A stretch of DNA of 32,000 nucleotides from Bellilinea caldifistulae (GCF_001306055.1 NZ_LGHJ01000023.1:1-32000), one strand, 5' to 3'. Positions 19,219 through 28,600 are shown, counted from the first letter of the stretch. Made by a program: numbers and translations. The notes: generated by a model from the sequence alone, not told the origin.

Positions 19219-19253
19219 AAATTCATTCTCCCATTCCAGAGAGTGAGGTTGAT

Positions 19254-20609
19254 ATGATTATCAAAAATGGAAAGATCATAACATGGCAGAACCCCAATCA
19301 AATTCTTGAGGATATGGCTCTATTAATTCAAAATGGGGTGATCACAAAAATTGGAAAATTTGAAGATATTAAACGAGCATTTCCTGCTGAAGAAGTGGTT
19401 GATGCTGGCGGACAGTACGTGATGCCTGGTAACATTTGCGCACACACCCATTTTTATGGGGCATTTGCACGCGGAATGGCCATTCCCGGCATGCCCGCAA
19501 AAGATTTTCCGGAGATTCTGGAAAAATTATGGTGGTCGCTGGACAAATCACTCAGTTTGGAAGATGTAAGGTACTCGGCATTGGTGTGTTTGATTGATGC
19601 GGTCAAGCATGGCACAACAACTTTGATTGATCATCACGCCTCGCCGAGCGCCATCCGTGGATCGCTGGATGAGATTGCTCAAGCAGTGGCTCAGGCCGGC
19701 GTGCGGGCTTCTTTGTGTTATGAGGTAACCGACCGCGAAGGTGAGAAGGGTGCTGAAGAAGGAATTCGTGAAAATCTGCGATTTATTGATCTGATAAAAA
19801 GAAACAATCCGCTGCCGGGGAAACTGGCTGGGATGTTTGGCTTACATGCCAGTTTGACCCTTTCCGAAGACACCCTGAGAAAATGCCGCGAAGCAGTAGC
19901 AGATGATGTCGGGTTTCATATCCACGTTGCCGAAGATCCAGCCGATGAATATGATAGTTTGTATAAGTGCGGCGAAAGAGTGGTGGACAGACTTTACCGC
20001 CATGGAATACTGGGTGAACGAAGTATTGCGGTTCATGCTGTGCATGTGGATGTTCGTGAGGTGGATTTGCTGGCGCAAACCAAGACATGGGTTACTCATC
20101 AACCGCGTTCCAACATGAACAATGCAGTGGGGATGTCGCAACCGGAAGGGATGCTGCGTGCCGGTGTTAGAGTGTGTTTGGGTAATGACGGATTTTCCAA
20201 CGCGATGTGGGAGGAGTGGAAGACAGCCTACCTTGCCCACAAGTTGTGGAATCGTGATCCTCGGCGAATGCCGGCTACCACGGTGGTGGAAATGGCAGTC
20301 TATAACAACCGGGCTCTCGCAGAGCAGCAATTTAACATCGGGCCGCTTGGGGTAATTTGTGAAGGGGCACAGGCTGACCTGATCTTTGTGGACTATCATC
20401 CATTTACCGAGTTAAACGAAGGAAATCTGCCCTGGCACATTGTTTTTGGTTTTCATGAGAGCATGGTGACTTCTACCATGGTGGCAGGTGAATTCCTGAT
20501 GCGCAATCGCCAACTGCTGACACTGGATGAGGAAAAAATTACCTACGAGGCTCGCCATCTATCTTCTCAAACCTGGCAGCGGTTTCAGAACCTCTTTCAA
20601 GTATCTTGA
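19254..20609 (+). CDS. ssnA: SsnA-type amidohydrolase (putative aminohydrolase linked to selenium-associated molybdenum hydroxylase clusters)
   Basis: 451 aa. It is collinear with my recollection of E. coli SsnA, from memory and not aligned by tool. The blocks are PGNICAHTHFYGAFARGM, LWWSLDKSL, LIDHHASP, HIHVAED and THQPRSNMNNAVG. Confidence 0.8.
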   Translation: MIIKNGKIITWQNPNQILEDMALLIQNGVITKIGKFEDIKRAFPAEEVVDAGGQYVMPGNICAHTHFYGAFARGMAIPGMPAKDFPEILEKLWWSLDKSLSLEDVRYSALVCLIDAVKHGTTTLIDHHASPSAIRGSLDEIAQAVAQAGVRASLCYEVTDREGEKGAEEGIRENLRFIDLIKRNNPLPGKLAGMFGLHASLTLSEDTLRKCREAVADDVGFHIHVAEDPADEYDSLYKCGERVVDRLYRHGILGERSIAVHAVHVDVREVDLLAQTKTWVTHQPRSNMNNAVGMSQPEGMLRAGVRVCLGNDGFSNAMWEEWKTAYLAHKLWNRDPRRMPATTVVEMAVYNNRALAEQQFNIGPLGVICEGAQADLIFVDYHPFTELNEGNLPWHIVFGFHESMVTSTMVAGEFLMRNRQLLTLDEEKITYEARHLSSQTWQRFQNLFQVS

Positions 20610-20633
20610 TTACAACAGAGGAGTTAATAAGCA

Positions 20634-21311
20634 ATGTCGCCACAAAAAACATATACCATCGGAATCATTGGAGGAACGGGTAAAGAAGGCAAAGGATTGG
20701 CTTACCGTTGGGCAAAGGCGGGGCATCGCATTACAATCGGTTCGCGGCAGGAAGAGAAGGCAAAGGCAGCAGCCCAGGAAGTCATGGAATTGCTGGGCGC
20801 CGATCATCTCGTTCGCGGGGAAGCAAATGAGGTAGCTGCTCAGGAATCCGACATTCTGGTCTTGACGGTTCCATATGCTGCTCATGCTGAGATGTGCGAG
20901 CGAATGAAACCTTTTGCCCAGGGCAAAATTATCATTGATGTAACCGTGCCACTGGTACCGCCGAAGGTTACCCGCGTTCAAATGCCACCTGAAGGAAGTG
21001 CAACCCAGCAGGCGCAAAAAATTATGGGAGAAGATGTGCAGGTCGTGGCTGCATTTCAAAATATCTCGTATGAACATCTCCTCAACGACGAGGAAGTAGA
21101 ATGTGATGTTCTGGTGTGCGGCGGCAACAAAGAAGCCCGGGAGGTCGTTTTACAGCTGGTTGAAGATGCCGGTTTGGTTGGTTGGAATGCGGGTCCGGTC
21201 GAAAATGCCGTGGTTGTTGAGGGGTTAACCTCGATCCTGATTGGGTTGAATAAACAATATGGTGTGCCCTCGTCAGGTATTCGGATTACCGGCATACCCC
21301 GAAAGTCATAA
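20634..21311 (+). CDS. npdG: NADPH-dependent F420 reductase (F420:NADP+ oxidoreductase, Fno/NpdG)
   Basis: 225 aa with the N-terminal Rossmann block IGIIGGTGKEGKGLAYRWAKAGHRITIGSR typical of NpdG. A GAGGAG SD lies upstream. Confidence 0.85.
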   Translation: MSPQKTYTIGIIGGTGKEGKGLAYRWAKAGHRITIGSRQEEKAKAAAQEVMELLGADHLVRGEANEVAAQESDILVLTVPYAAHAEMCERMKPFAQGKIIIDVTVPLVPPKVTRVQMPPEGSATQQAQKIMGEDVQVVAAFQNISYEHLLNDEEVECDVLVCGGNKEAREVVLQLVEDAGLVGWNAGPVENAVVVEGLTSILIGLNKQYGVPSSGIRITGIPRKS

Positions 21312-21320
21312 GGCTATCGC

Positions 21321-22091
21321 ATGAAAAAGCTGGAGTTGACTCCGCTCGCAGGAATTCCACTTATTCAAGCTGGAGATGATCTGGCAAAAATTACATTTGA
21401 TGCTCTAAAACACGAGAATATTCCATTATTGGATGGGGATATTCTCGTATTTGCCCAAAAGATAATTTCCAAAGCCGAGGGCCGGCTGGTGTATTTACCC
21501 GAGGTACAGCCTTCCGATCAGGCTATTCAAATCGCGGCAGAGGTTGAGAAAGATGCCCGTTTTATCGAATTGGTACTGCGTGAATCGCGCCAGGTGATTC
21601 GCAAGCGGCCCGGAACAATTATTGTTGAACATCGTCATGGTTTTATTTGTGCCAATGCCGGGATTGATCATTCGAATGTGCGCGGCCCTTACGGTGACCC
21701 CGACCTGTGGGTTTTGTTGCTTCCTGAAAACCCGGATCGTTCGGCGCAGCAAATCCGATCCGAAATTGAGAAGCGGGCGGGAGTAAAAGTTGGCGTGTTG
21801 ATCATCGACTCGCATGGGCGCGCCTGGCGGTTGGGGACGGTTGGTGTGGCAATTGGTCTTGCGGGATTGCCCGGTCTGGTTGATTTGCGTGGACAAACCG
21901 ACATGTTTGGTTACCAGCTGCGGATTACTCAGGTTGCAGCAGCTGATGAACTGGCGGCAGCCGCTTCGCTGGTGATGGGTCAGGCGGATGAACGAACGCC
22001 AATCGTTCACGTCAGGGGATTTCCCTACCCCTTGCGAGAGGGCAGTTTTGCAGAATTGCCCCGGCCGATTGAATTGGATTTGTTCCGATAG
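21321..22091 (+). CDS. cofE: coenzyme F420-0:L-glutamate ligase, single-domain CofE type
   Basis: 256 aa with VFAQKIISKAEGR and HGFICANAGIDHSN blocks. It has no C-terminal nitroreductase-like domain. Confidence 0.88.
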   Translation: MKKLELTPLAGIPLIQAGDDLAKITFDALKHENIPLLDGDILVFAQKIISKAEGRLVYLPEVQPSDQAIQIAAEVEKDARFIELVLRESRQVIRKRPGTIIVEHRHGFICANAGIDHSNVRGPYGDPDLWVLLLPENPDRSAQQIRSEIEKRAGVKVGVLIIDSHGRAWRLGTVGVAIGLAGLPGLVDLRGQTDMFGYQLRITQVAAADELAAAASLVMGQADERTPIVHVRGFPYPLREGSFAELPRPIELDLFR

Positions 22092-22107
22092 GGGAGTTGT
22101 TTCCTTG

Positions 22108-23067
22108 ATGAATGTGACGGTTCTGGCAGGCGGTGTGGGTGGCGCAAAACTGGCGCATGGCTTTGCACTTTGCCAGCCGGAAATTGACCTGACGGTGATT
22201 GTCAATACCGGAGATGATTTTGACCACTTTGGCTTGAGGATTTGCCCAGATCTGGATACGGTTTGTTATACGCTGGCAGGGTTGGCTAATCCTCAAACTG
22301 GCTGGGGACGCAAAGACGAAACCTATGAAGTGCTGCGGTGTGTTGGCGAACTGGGCGGACCGACGTGGTTTCGTTTGGGGGATAAAGACCTTGCCACTCA
22401 CCTTGAGCGAACCCGTCGCCTAAGCGAGGGTCAGCGATTGAGCGATGTGGTGACCGCTTTCTGCAGCACCTGGGGGATCAAAGCACGGGTGTTGCCCATG
22501 AGCGATGATCCGGTGCGTACGATGGTGGATACCCGTGAATATGGCTGGCTTGACTTTCAAAATTATTTTGTCCGCCATGCCTGCCGACCTACTATTCAAA
22601 AGATTGCATTTGAAGGGATTGAGCAGGCATTACCGGCCGCAGGTGTTTTGGAAGCATTAGAGGACAGTGATTTGATTGTGATTGCACCTTCCAACCCTTG
22701 GGTAAGTATTCAACCCATCTTATCGGTCAATGGGATTGCCTCAATGATCCAATCCCAAAAGGCGGTTGCGGTATCACCGATTATTCAAGGGCAAACCCTC
22801 AAAGGCCCGGCTGCAAAAATGTATCGTGAAATGGGGATTGAACCTTCCCCTGTGGCAGTCGCTCAACATTACAGTACCTTGCTGTGGGGGTTGGTCATGG
22901 ATGAATTAGACCGAGGATTTGAATCAACCCTGATGTCGTCAGGTATAATGGTATTAAGTACACAAACGATCATGCAAAATGAGCAGGATCGTCTCAGTTT
23001 GGCGCGAGAAATCCTCACATTCAGCCAAGACCGCAATCCAAATCAGATGCCAAGAAGGGAGTTTTGA
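22108..23067 (+). CDS. cofD: 2-phospho-L-lactate (or analogue) transferase CofD/FbiA
   Basis: I place the start at the ATG at 22108 (MNVTVLAGGVGGAKLAHG). The track ORF start at 21988 overlaps cofE by 104 nt in non-homologous sequence. Confidence 0.88.
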   Translation: MNVTVLAGGVGGAKLAHGFALCQPEIDLTVIVNTGDDFDHFGLRICPDLDTVCYTLAGLANPQTGWGRKDETYEVLRCVGELGGPTWFRLGDKDLATHLERTRRLSEGQRLSDVVTAFCSTWGIKARVLPMSDDPVRTMVDTREYGWLDFQNYFVRHACRPTIQKIAFEGIEQALPAAGVLEALEDSDLIVIAPSNPWVSIQPILSVNGIASMIQSQKAVAVSPIIQGQTLKGPAAKMYREMGIEPSPVAVAQHYSTLLWGLVMDELDRGFESTLMSSGIMVLSTQTIMQNEQDRLSLAREILTFSQDRNPNQMPRREF

Positions 23068-23070
23068 CGA

Positions 23071-23685
23071 ATGGGCCTGTGGGCAATTGTCCCCGTGAAA
23101 CCCCTGCGTCGCGGTAAATCACGTCTTGCAAGTGTATTATCGGAAGACGAACGGGCGTTATTAAATTTTACGATGTTGAGCAGCACCTTGCGCACTTTAC
23201 AGGAGGTCGAGGAAATTGACCAGATTCTGGTGGTCAGCCGCGACCCCGCGGCTTTATCACTGGCCAGGGAATATAAAGCCAGAACGGTTCAGGAGGATGG
23301 CCAGCCAGAGTTGAACACTGCTTTGCAACGTGCAACGGTTGTTGCACAAATGTATGCTGCACAGGAAATTCTGATTTTGCCGGCTGACCTGCCGCTGCTC
23401 TCTGTGAGCGATATTCACCGAATTCTTCAGCGTGCTAAAAATCCACCGGTTGTCGTAATCTCGCCTGACCGACGTAACGATGGCACTAACGCTCTTTACA
23501 TGAATCCGGCGGGGATTATCGAATATCGCTACGGGCCGGGCTCTTTTCATCAGCATGTAGAACAGGCACGGTTGAAGGGGGTTCGGGTGGAAGTTTGTCA
23601 GCTTTCCACCTTGAGCTTGGATTTGGACTTACCCGAAGATTTGGACTTGCTAAAACAAATCGAAGCCATGCAAATTGAACCTTGA
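23071..23685 (+). CDS. cofC: F420 biosynthesis guanylyltransferase CofC/FbiD
   Basis: 204 aa with the N-terminal [16 protein letters not shown] block and ADLPLL, typical of CofC. It starts 3 nt after the cofD stop. Confidence 0.82.
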   Translation: MGLWAIVPVKPLRRGKSRLASVLSEDERALLNFTMLSSTLRTLQEVEEIDQILVVSRDPAALSLAREYKARTVQEDGQPELNTALQRATVVAQMYAAQEILILPADLPLLSVSDIHRILQRAKNPPVVVISPDRRNDGTNALYMNPAGIIEYRYGPGSFHQHVEQARLKGVRVEVCQLSTLSLDLDLPEDLDLLKQIEAMQIEP

Positions 23686-23713
23686 GAAAAATTTTTTTCA
23701 CCGGGAGGAAACC

Positions 23714-24712
23714 ATGTCCGAAAGAGTAGCGCTTTATTTGCAGGATGCCCACGATTTGCGGGACGGCCTTGAGTACGTCAAATACGCCGAAAAACGCGGT
23801 TTTGAAGCGGTTTGGCAGGCAGAGAGCCGTTTGGTGAGGGATGCGATTGTTCCCATGGCAGCATATGCAGCCGTAACGGAGCGGATTAAAGTGGGTTCAG
23901 GGGTCATCAACAACTGGACTCGCAATATCGGCCTGCTGGCTGCCACATTTTTGACTCTGGATGACCTTGCCCCGAATCGGATCATCTGTGGCATTGGGGC
24001 ATGGTGGGATCCCTTGGCAAAGAATGTGGGTATCGAGAGGCGAAAACCACTGACCGCCATGCGGGAAACGGTGATCGTTTTGCGCCGGTTATTGAATATG
24101 GAACGGGTTACCTTCCATGGTGAGTTTGTGCATGTCGAGGGGATTGAATTGGATGTGGTGCACGGTCGGCGTGAACCCAGAAATGTGCCGATCATGATTG
24201 GTGCAACCGGCGATCAAATGATGGAATTGACAGGGGAAATTGCGGATGGAGCCGTGTTGAATTACTGTGTGCCGCCCGAATATAACATTCGCGCATTGGA
24301 ATTGCTGGAAAAAGGTGCAAAGAAGTCAGGACGCACGCTGGATGACCTTGACCGACCTCAGCTGGTGGTTTGCTCGGTTGATCACGACCGCGAAAAAGCG
24401 ATTGATACCACCCGTGAATTGCTGACACAGTATCTGGCTCAACAACCACATATTGCCAAGGCTTCGGGTGTATCCCAGGATGTAGTGGCTGAGATTCAAT
24501 CCATATTGGGATGGCCGGCAACCCATGAGCAGATTCAAAAGGCAAAACATCTCGTGCCGGAAGACTTGATCCACCAAATTACCGCTTCCGGAACGCCCGA
24601 GGAAGCGCGCGCAAAAGTGGATGAGTATCGCAAATACGGCTGCACCTGCCCGATTCTTTACCCGGTGGGTGGTGATGTCAAACTCTTGATTGACACATTT
24701 GCCCAGCAATAA
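23714..24712 (+). CDS. luciferase-like monooxygenase (LLM) class, probable F420-dependent oxidoreductase
   Basis: I place the start at the ATG at 23714 (MSERVALYL...), preceded by GGGAGG. It has LLM/Mer-like features ([41 protein letters not shown]). The F420 assignment comes from family resemblance and genomic context. Confidence 0.75.
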   Translation: MSERVALYLQDAHDLRDGLEYVKYAEKRGFEAVWQAESRLVRDAIVPMAAYAAVTERIKVGSGVINNWTRNIGLLAATFLTLDDLAPNRIICGIGAWWDPLAKNVGIERRKPLTAMRETVIVLRRLLNMERVTFHGEFVHVEGIELDVVHGRREPRNVPIMIGATGDQMMELTGEIADGAVLNYCVPPEYNIRALELLEKGAKKSGRTLDDLDRPQLVVCSVDHDREKAIDTTRELLTQYLAQQPHIAKASGVSQDVVAEIQSILGWPATHEQIQKAKHLVPEDLIHQITASGTPEEARAKVDEYRKYGCTCPILYPVGGDVKLLIDTFAQQ

Positions 24713-24764
24713 TAGCGTTGTTTTCCCTCTTTTAGGTGTTTTTCCTGATCTGGAGGTTGATTCA

Positions 24765-25526
24765 ATGATCAAAGAATACTATCGCCCAAAGACGCTTTCG
24801 GAAGCGGAACAATTATTCAAAATGGGTGATAAAAAGTATGTACCCCTGGGTGGTGGTAGTTTGCTCAGCCGATCCAAAGAAGACCTGTGTGTTGTGGATT
24901 TACGGGATTTAGGGCTGAATCGGATTGAGGTAGTTGGGCAAAGAGCGGACATTGGAGCAACCGTAACTTTGCAACAACTTCTGGAATCGGAGTTTGCCCA
25001 TGCAACCCTTAAAGAGGTTATCCGAAAATCGGCAACCTTGAATCTTCGGAATCAGGTCACGCTGGGAGGTTATGTTGTTTCAGCAGATGGACGATCGCCA
25101 CTGGCAATTGCCTTAATGGCCATGGACGCAAAGTTGATCTGGCATCCTAATCAGGAGACTCAGTCCATTGGTGATTGGTTTTCATTGCGGCAACCGCGTG
25201 GGTTTTGGATCCACGCAATTCAATTGAATTTAAATCTTGTGATGGATTATGAACAAGTAGCAAGAACGCCGATGGATCAGCCGATTCTGGCCATTGCGGC
25301 TGCTCGCTGGCCTTCGGGAAGAATCAGAGTTGCTGCCGGAGGTTATGGGAGTGCCCCGTTGCTTGTTTTGGATGGCCCGGAAGACGGCGGGGTGATTGAA
25401 GCGGTCAGGAATGCTTTGAGTGCCAGTGGAGATGAATGGGCAACCGCGGAATATCGGCAAGCAGTAGGTCAAGTGTTCGTACGCCGAATCATGGATCGAA
25501 TTTCGTCAGGTCTTCAGAGTAAATGA
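24765..25526 (+). CDS. xanthine dehydrogenase family FAD-binding subunit, YgfM-like
   Basis: I place the start at the ATG at 24765 (MIKEYYRPKTLSEA), preceded by GGAGG. The FAD_binding_5-type layout has divergent motifs PLGGGSLL and LRNQVTLGGYV. The C-terminal block is AEYRQ. Confidence 0.8.
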   Translation: MIKEYYRPKTLSEAEQLFKMGDKKYVPLGGGSLLSRSKEDLCVVDLRDLGLNRIEVVGQRADIGATVTLQQLLESEFAHATLKEVIRKSATLNLRNQVTLGGYVVSADGRSPLAIALMAMDAKLIWHPNQETQSIGDWFSLRQPRGFWIHAIQLNLNLVMDYEQVARTPMDQPILAIAAARWPSGRIRVAAGGYGSAPLLVLDGPEDGGVIEAVRNALSASGDEWATAEYRQAVGQVFVRRIMDRISSGLQSK

Positions 25527-25537
25527 GGAGCCAGGCA

Positions 25538-28500
25538 ATGAAGAAAGTTTCCTTTGCTCTCAACGGAATTGTTCAACACTGGGAAGTTGCCGATGGTGAG
25601 ACTTTGTTGGCCTCCCTGCGGCGTGAAGGATATTTTGGGGTTAAATTTGGTGGATGTGAAAAGGGCGAGTGCGGTGCATGTACCGTACTGCTAGATGGGA
25701 AGCCAGTCAATTCTTGCTCTCTGTTGACTGTGCAGGTGGAAGGCTGCCATGTACAGACCATTGAAGGAATGGGAGAACATCCCGATCAGGGCTGGAAGAA
25801 GACCGCCGGATTACACCCCATTCAACAGGCGCTGGTGGAAAGCGGTGCTATCCAATGTGGATATTGTACCCCCGCCTTTGCTCTGGCCGCAAAAGCCTTG
25901 CTGGAAAAAAATCCCAATCCCAGTGAAGAGGAAGTGCGGGAAGCCATCGCTGGAATCCTCTGTCGTTGTACCGGTTACTTGAAACCTGTCCAGGCCATTC
26001 TCAAGGCGGCTTCGATTTTGCGGGGAGAAGTGGACGAGCAGGATTGGATCGAGGATACGGGTGTTCCTTTACCTGTGGATTGGCCTTCGGGAGCAGACCA
26101 ATCACCTGCGCCAGCCGGCGACTTCGGTTCACCTGAAAAATTGGTGCTTACCCGCCGTAAGGTCTTCATGCCGCGCATGTTCATTACACCTGAGGTTCGC
26201 CAAAAGACTCTTTCGCGAGTTGGAAAGCCTGAATTAAAAGTAGATGCCATCAAGCTGGTACAGGGAAAGCCTGCGTTTGCAGCGGACATGGAAAAACGCG
26301 GCATGCTGATTGCCAAAGTACTGCACAGTCCGGTGGCTCATGCCCGTATCAAGCACATTGATCTAAGTAAAGCCCGGGCATTACCGGGTGTGGCAGCGGT
26401 GCTATGTTACAAAGATATACCGCGGGTGGTTTACTCAACCGCTGGTCAGTCGGATCCGATACCCGGCCCATTAGATACTTTTTCACTGGATTCAAAGGTG
26501 CGTTTTGTGGGCGACCGGGTGGCGTTTGTTGCCGCCGAAACTGAGGAAATTGCTGAACAGGCACTCAATCTGATTGAAGTTGAATACGAACCCCTGCCGG
26601 CAATTCTGGATGCCCGTGATGCCATGAAACCCAATGCGCCGATTATCCACGACGAACCGGAATACGTCAATTTCGGAGAGTCGAATCCACAAAGAAATCT
26701 GGCAGCACAAATTCACATTGATATTGGGGACGTTGAAAAAGGATTTGAAGAAGCCGATCGAATTTATGAAGCCGAGTATGTTGTTCCAAAAGTGCAGCAA
26801 GCCCATATTGAGCCGCATGTGGTTGTAACCTACTGGGATGAGGATGATCGTCTGGTGATTCGCACCAGCACGCAGGTGCCATTCCACGTCAGGAGAATTT
26901 TGGCGCCTGTGCTGGGGCTGCCGGTAAAACGGATTCGAGTCATTAAACCACGCATTGGTGGCGGTTTTGGTGGAAAACAGGAAGTTCTGATCGAGGATGT
27001 TGCTGCTCATTTGACCATTGCTACCGGAAGACCCGTGTTGTATGAATACACCCGTGAAGAGGAGTTCATCGCTGCTCGATCCCGCCATCCCATGCGAATC
27101 CGTATGAAAACAGGCGTAAAGATGGATGGCACAATAACCGCCAATGAAATGCGGGTGCTTTCGGATACCGGTGCGTACGGCTGTCATGGTTTGACGGTCA
27201 CCGGAAATACCGGTCACAAATCTATGGCATTGTATGTCGGAGATGGCCCATATCGTAAATCCCCGAATATCCGTTTCTATGCGGATGTTGTTTATACCAA
27301 TACCCCACCGGCCGGGGCTTACCGGGGTTATGGTGTACCGCAGGGATTCTGGCCGGTTGAAAGGCACATGGAGCGGATCAGTCGAGACCTGGGGCTTGAT
27401 CCGATTGCCTTCCGGTTAAAAAATGCCATCCGCGAAGGTGAATTGCATCCTTTTAGCACGGCATGGAGTGAAGGCCGTGAACCACGCCCGGAAATTATTC
27501 AAACGGTTGGGCTGGAAGAATGTGTCCGCCAGGGAAAGGCCGTCATCGGCTGGGATCAAAAATTTGGCAATCCCGAATGGCATGTGGTGGCGGGTAAACC
27601 CTATTTACGGCGCGGGATCGGTGTTGCGCTGGTCATGCAGGGTACGGCGATTCCCTATCTGGACATGGGCGGTGCCAGTATCAAGATGAACGACGATGGA
27701 TCATTCAACCTTCTGGTTGGGGCAACCGATCTCGGCACCGGCTCGGACACGGTTCTGGCACAAATGGCGGCTGAGGTGCTGGGTGTGCCGGTGGATGATA
27801 TCATCGTCTATTCATCGGACACAGACTTCACCCCCTTCGACAAAGGGGCTTATGCCTCTTCAACGACTTACATATCCGGTGCAGCAGTCGTCAAGGCAGC
27901 TGAAGATGTTGCTGAAAAAATCAAAAAACGAGCTGCCCGAATGATAAAGGAACAGCATCCCAGTGTTCAGGTTTCGCCTGAAGATATTTTGCTCGAAGAT
28001 CGTAAAGCGATTGCCCCTGGCGGGGAATACGTCACCCTGGCTCAGGTTGCCTTGAATGCTCTGCATCACACGGATCAGGAACAGATTATGGGGATTGGTT
28101 CGTATTATTCGCCGGTTTCACCCCCGCCATTTGCGGCTCAATTTGCCGAAGTAACAGTGGATGTTGAAACCGGGCAAATTACCGTTGATCGTTTGGTGAT
28201 GGCTGTGGATTCGGGTGTCATTGTCAACCCGGTGACGGCTTCGGGTCAAATTGAGGGAGGAATGACGCAGGCGCTGGGATATGCCGTATGTGAAGAAATG
28301 GTTTATGATCAATACGGTCGGGCGCGTGAGAAGGATTTGGTGGATTATCATATCTTCCGTGCAAACGAAATGCCAAAGTTGGAAACGGTGTTTGTGCAGA
28401 CTTATGAACCTTCTCACCCGTTTGGGGTCAAGGCTGTTGCGGAAATTCCCATGGATGGGGTTGCCCCGGCGGTTGGTAATGCCGTTTTAGATGCTTGCGG

Positions 28501-28585
28501 TGCGGATGTCTTTGAAAATCCCATCACACCCGAACGTCTCTGGCGGGCTCTTAAGGAAAAACAATCTGTTGCAGATCATCATTAA
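25538..28585 (+). CDS. fused [2Fe-2S] / molybdopterin-binding subunit of an XDH-family hydroxylase (XdhD-like)
   Basis: There are two 2Fe-2S motifs (GCEKGECGACTV...SCS; CGYCTPAF...CRCTGY) and a linker of roughly 70-90 aa. The Ald_Xan_dh Mo domain follows with IGGGFGGKQE and the C-terminal catalytic-Glu context GVKAVAEIP. The start at 25538 is preceded by GAGGAG. An alternative ATG at 25523 overlaps the upstream stop. Confidence 0.9.
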   Translation: MKKVSFALNGIVQHWEVADGETLLASLRREGYFGVKFGGCEKGECGACTVLLDGKPVNSCSLLTVQVEGCHVQTIEGMGEHPDQGWKKTAGLHPIQQALVESGAIQCGYCTPAFALAAKALLEKNPNPSEEEVREAIAGILCRCTGYLKPVQAILKAASILRGEVDEQDWIEDTGVPLPVDWPSGADQSPAPAGDFGSPEKLVLTRRKVFMPRMFITPEVRQKTLSRVGKPELKVDAIKLVQGKPAFAADMEKRGMLIAKVLHSPVAHARIKHIDLSKARALPGVAAVLCYKDIPRVVYSTAGQSDPIPGPLDTFSLDSKVRFVGDRVAFVAAETEEIAEQALNLIEVEYEPLPAILDARDAMKPNAPIIHDEPEYVNFGESNPQRNLAAQIHIDIGDVEKGFEEADRIYEAEYVVPKVQQAHIEPHVVVTYWDEDDRLVIRTSTQVPFHVRRILAPVLGLPVKRIRVIKPRIGGGFGGKQEVLIEDVAAHLTIATGRPVLYEYTREEEFIAARSRHPMRIRMKTGVKMDGTITANEMRVLSDTGAYGCHGLTVTGNTGHKSMALYVGDGPYRKSPNIRFYADVVYTNTPPAGAYRGYGVPQGFWPVERHMERISRDLGLDPIAFRLKNAIREGELHPFSTAWSEGREPRPEIIQTVGLEECVRQGKAVIGWDQKFGNPEWHVVAGKPYLRRGIGVALVMQGTAIPYLDMGGASIKMNDDGSFNLLVGATDLGTGSDTVLAQMAAEVLGVPVDDIIVYSSDTDFTPFDKGAYASSTTYISGAAVVKAAEDVAEKIKKRAARMIKEQHPSVQVSPEDILLEDRKAIAPGGEYVTLAQVALNALHHTDQEQIMGIGSYYSPVSPPPFAAQFAEVTVDVETGQITVDRLVMAVDSGVIVNPVTASGQIEGGMTQALGYAVCEEMVYDQYGRAREKDLVDYHIFRANEMPKLETVFVQTYEPSHPFGVKAVAEIPMDGVAPAVGNAVLDACGADVFENPITPERLWRALKEKQSVADHH

Positions 28586-28600
28586 AATGGGTGAGGAAAA

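Noticed and set aside
19069-19301. 62-aa ORFs on both strands across the ssnA leader that share a KPKGIPFG peptide.
   Set aside because: The shared peptide is an artefact of translating the palindromic terminator hairpin in both directions. Neither ORF has an SD or a recognisable protein motif.
26492-27367. 291-aa minus-strand ORF antisense to the fused FeS-Mo hydroxylase gene. Similar long antisense or alternative-frame ORFs occur at 21495-22205 (236 aa), 19842-20399 (185 aa), 23734-24195 (153 aa), 24326-24772 (148 aa), 20610-21077 (155 aa) and 12186-12746 (186 aa).
   Set aside because: Each lies entirely within a gene whose product has clear conserved motifs on the other strand or frame. 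Their translations are low-complexity (Arg/Ser/Pro/Gly/His-rich) with no recognisable motifs. Most likely they are stop-codon-poor shadow frames.
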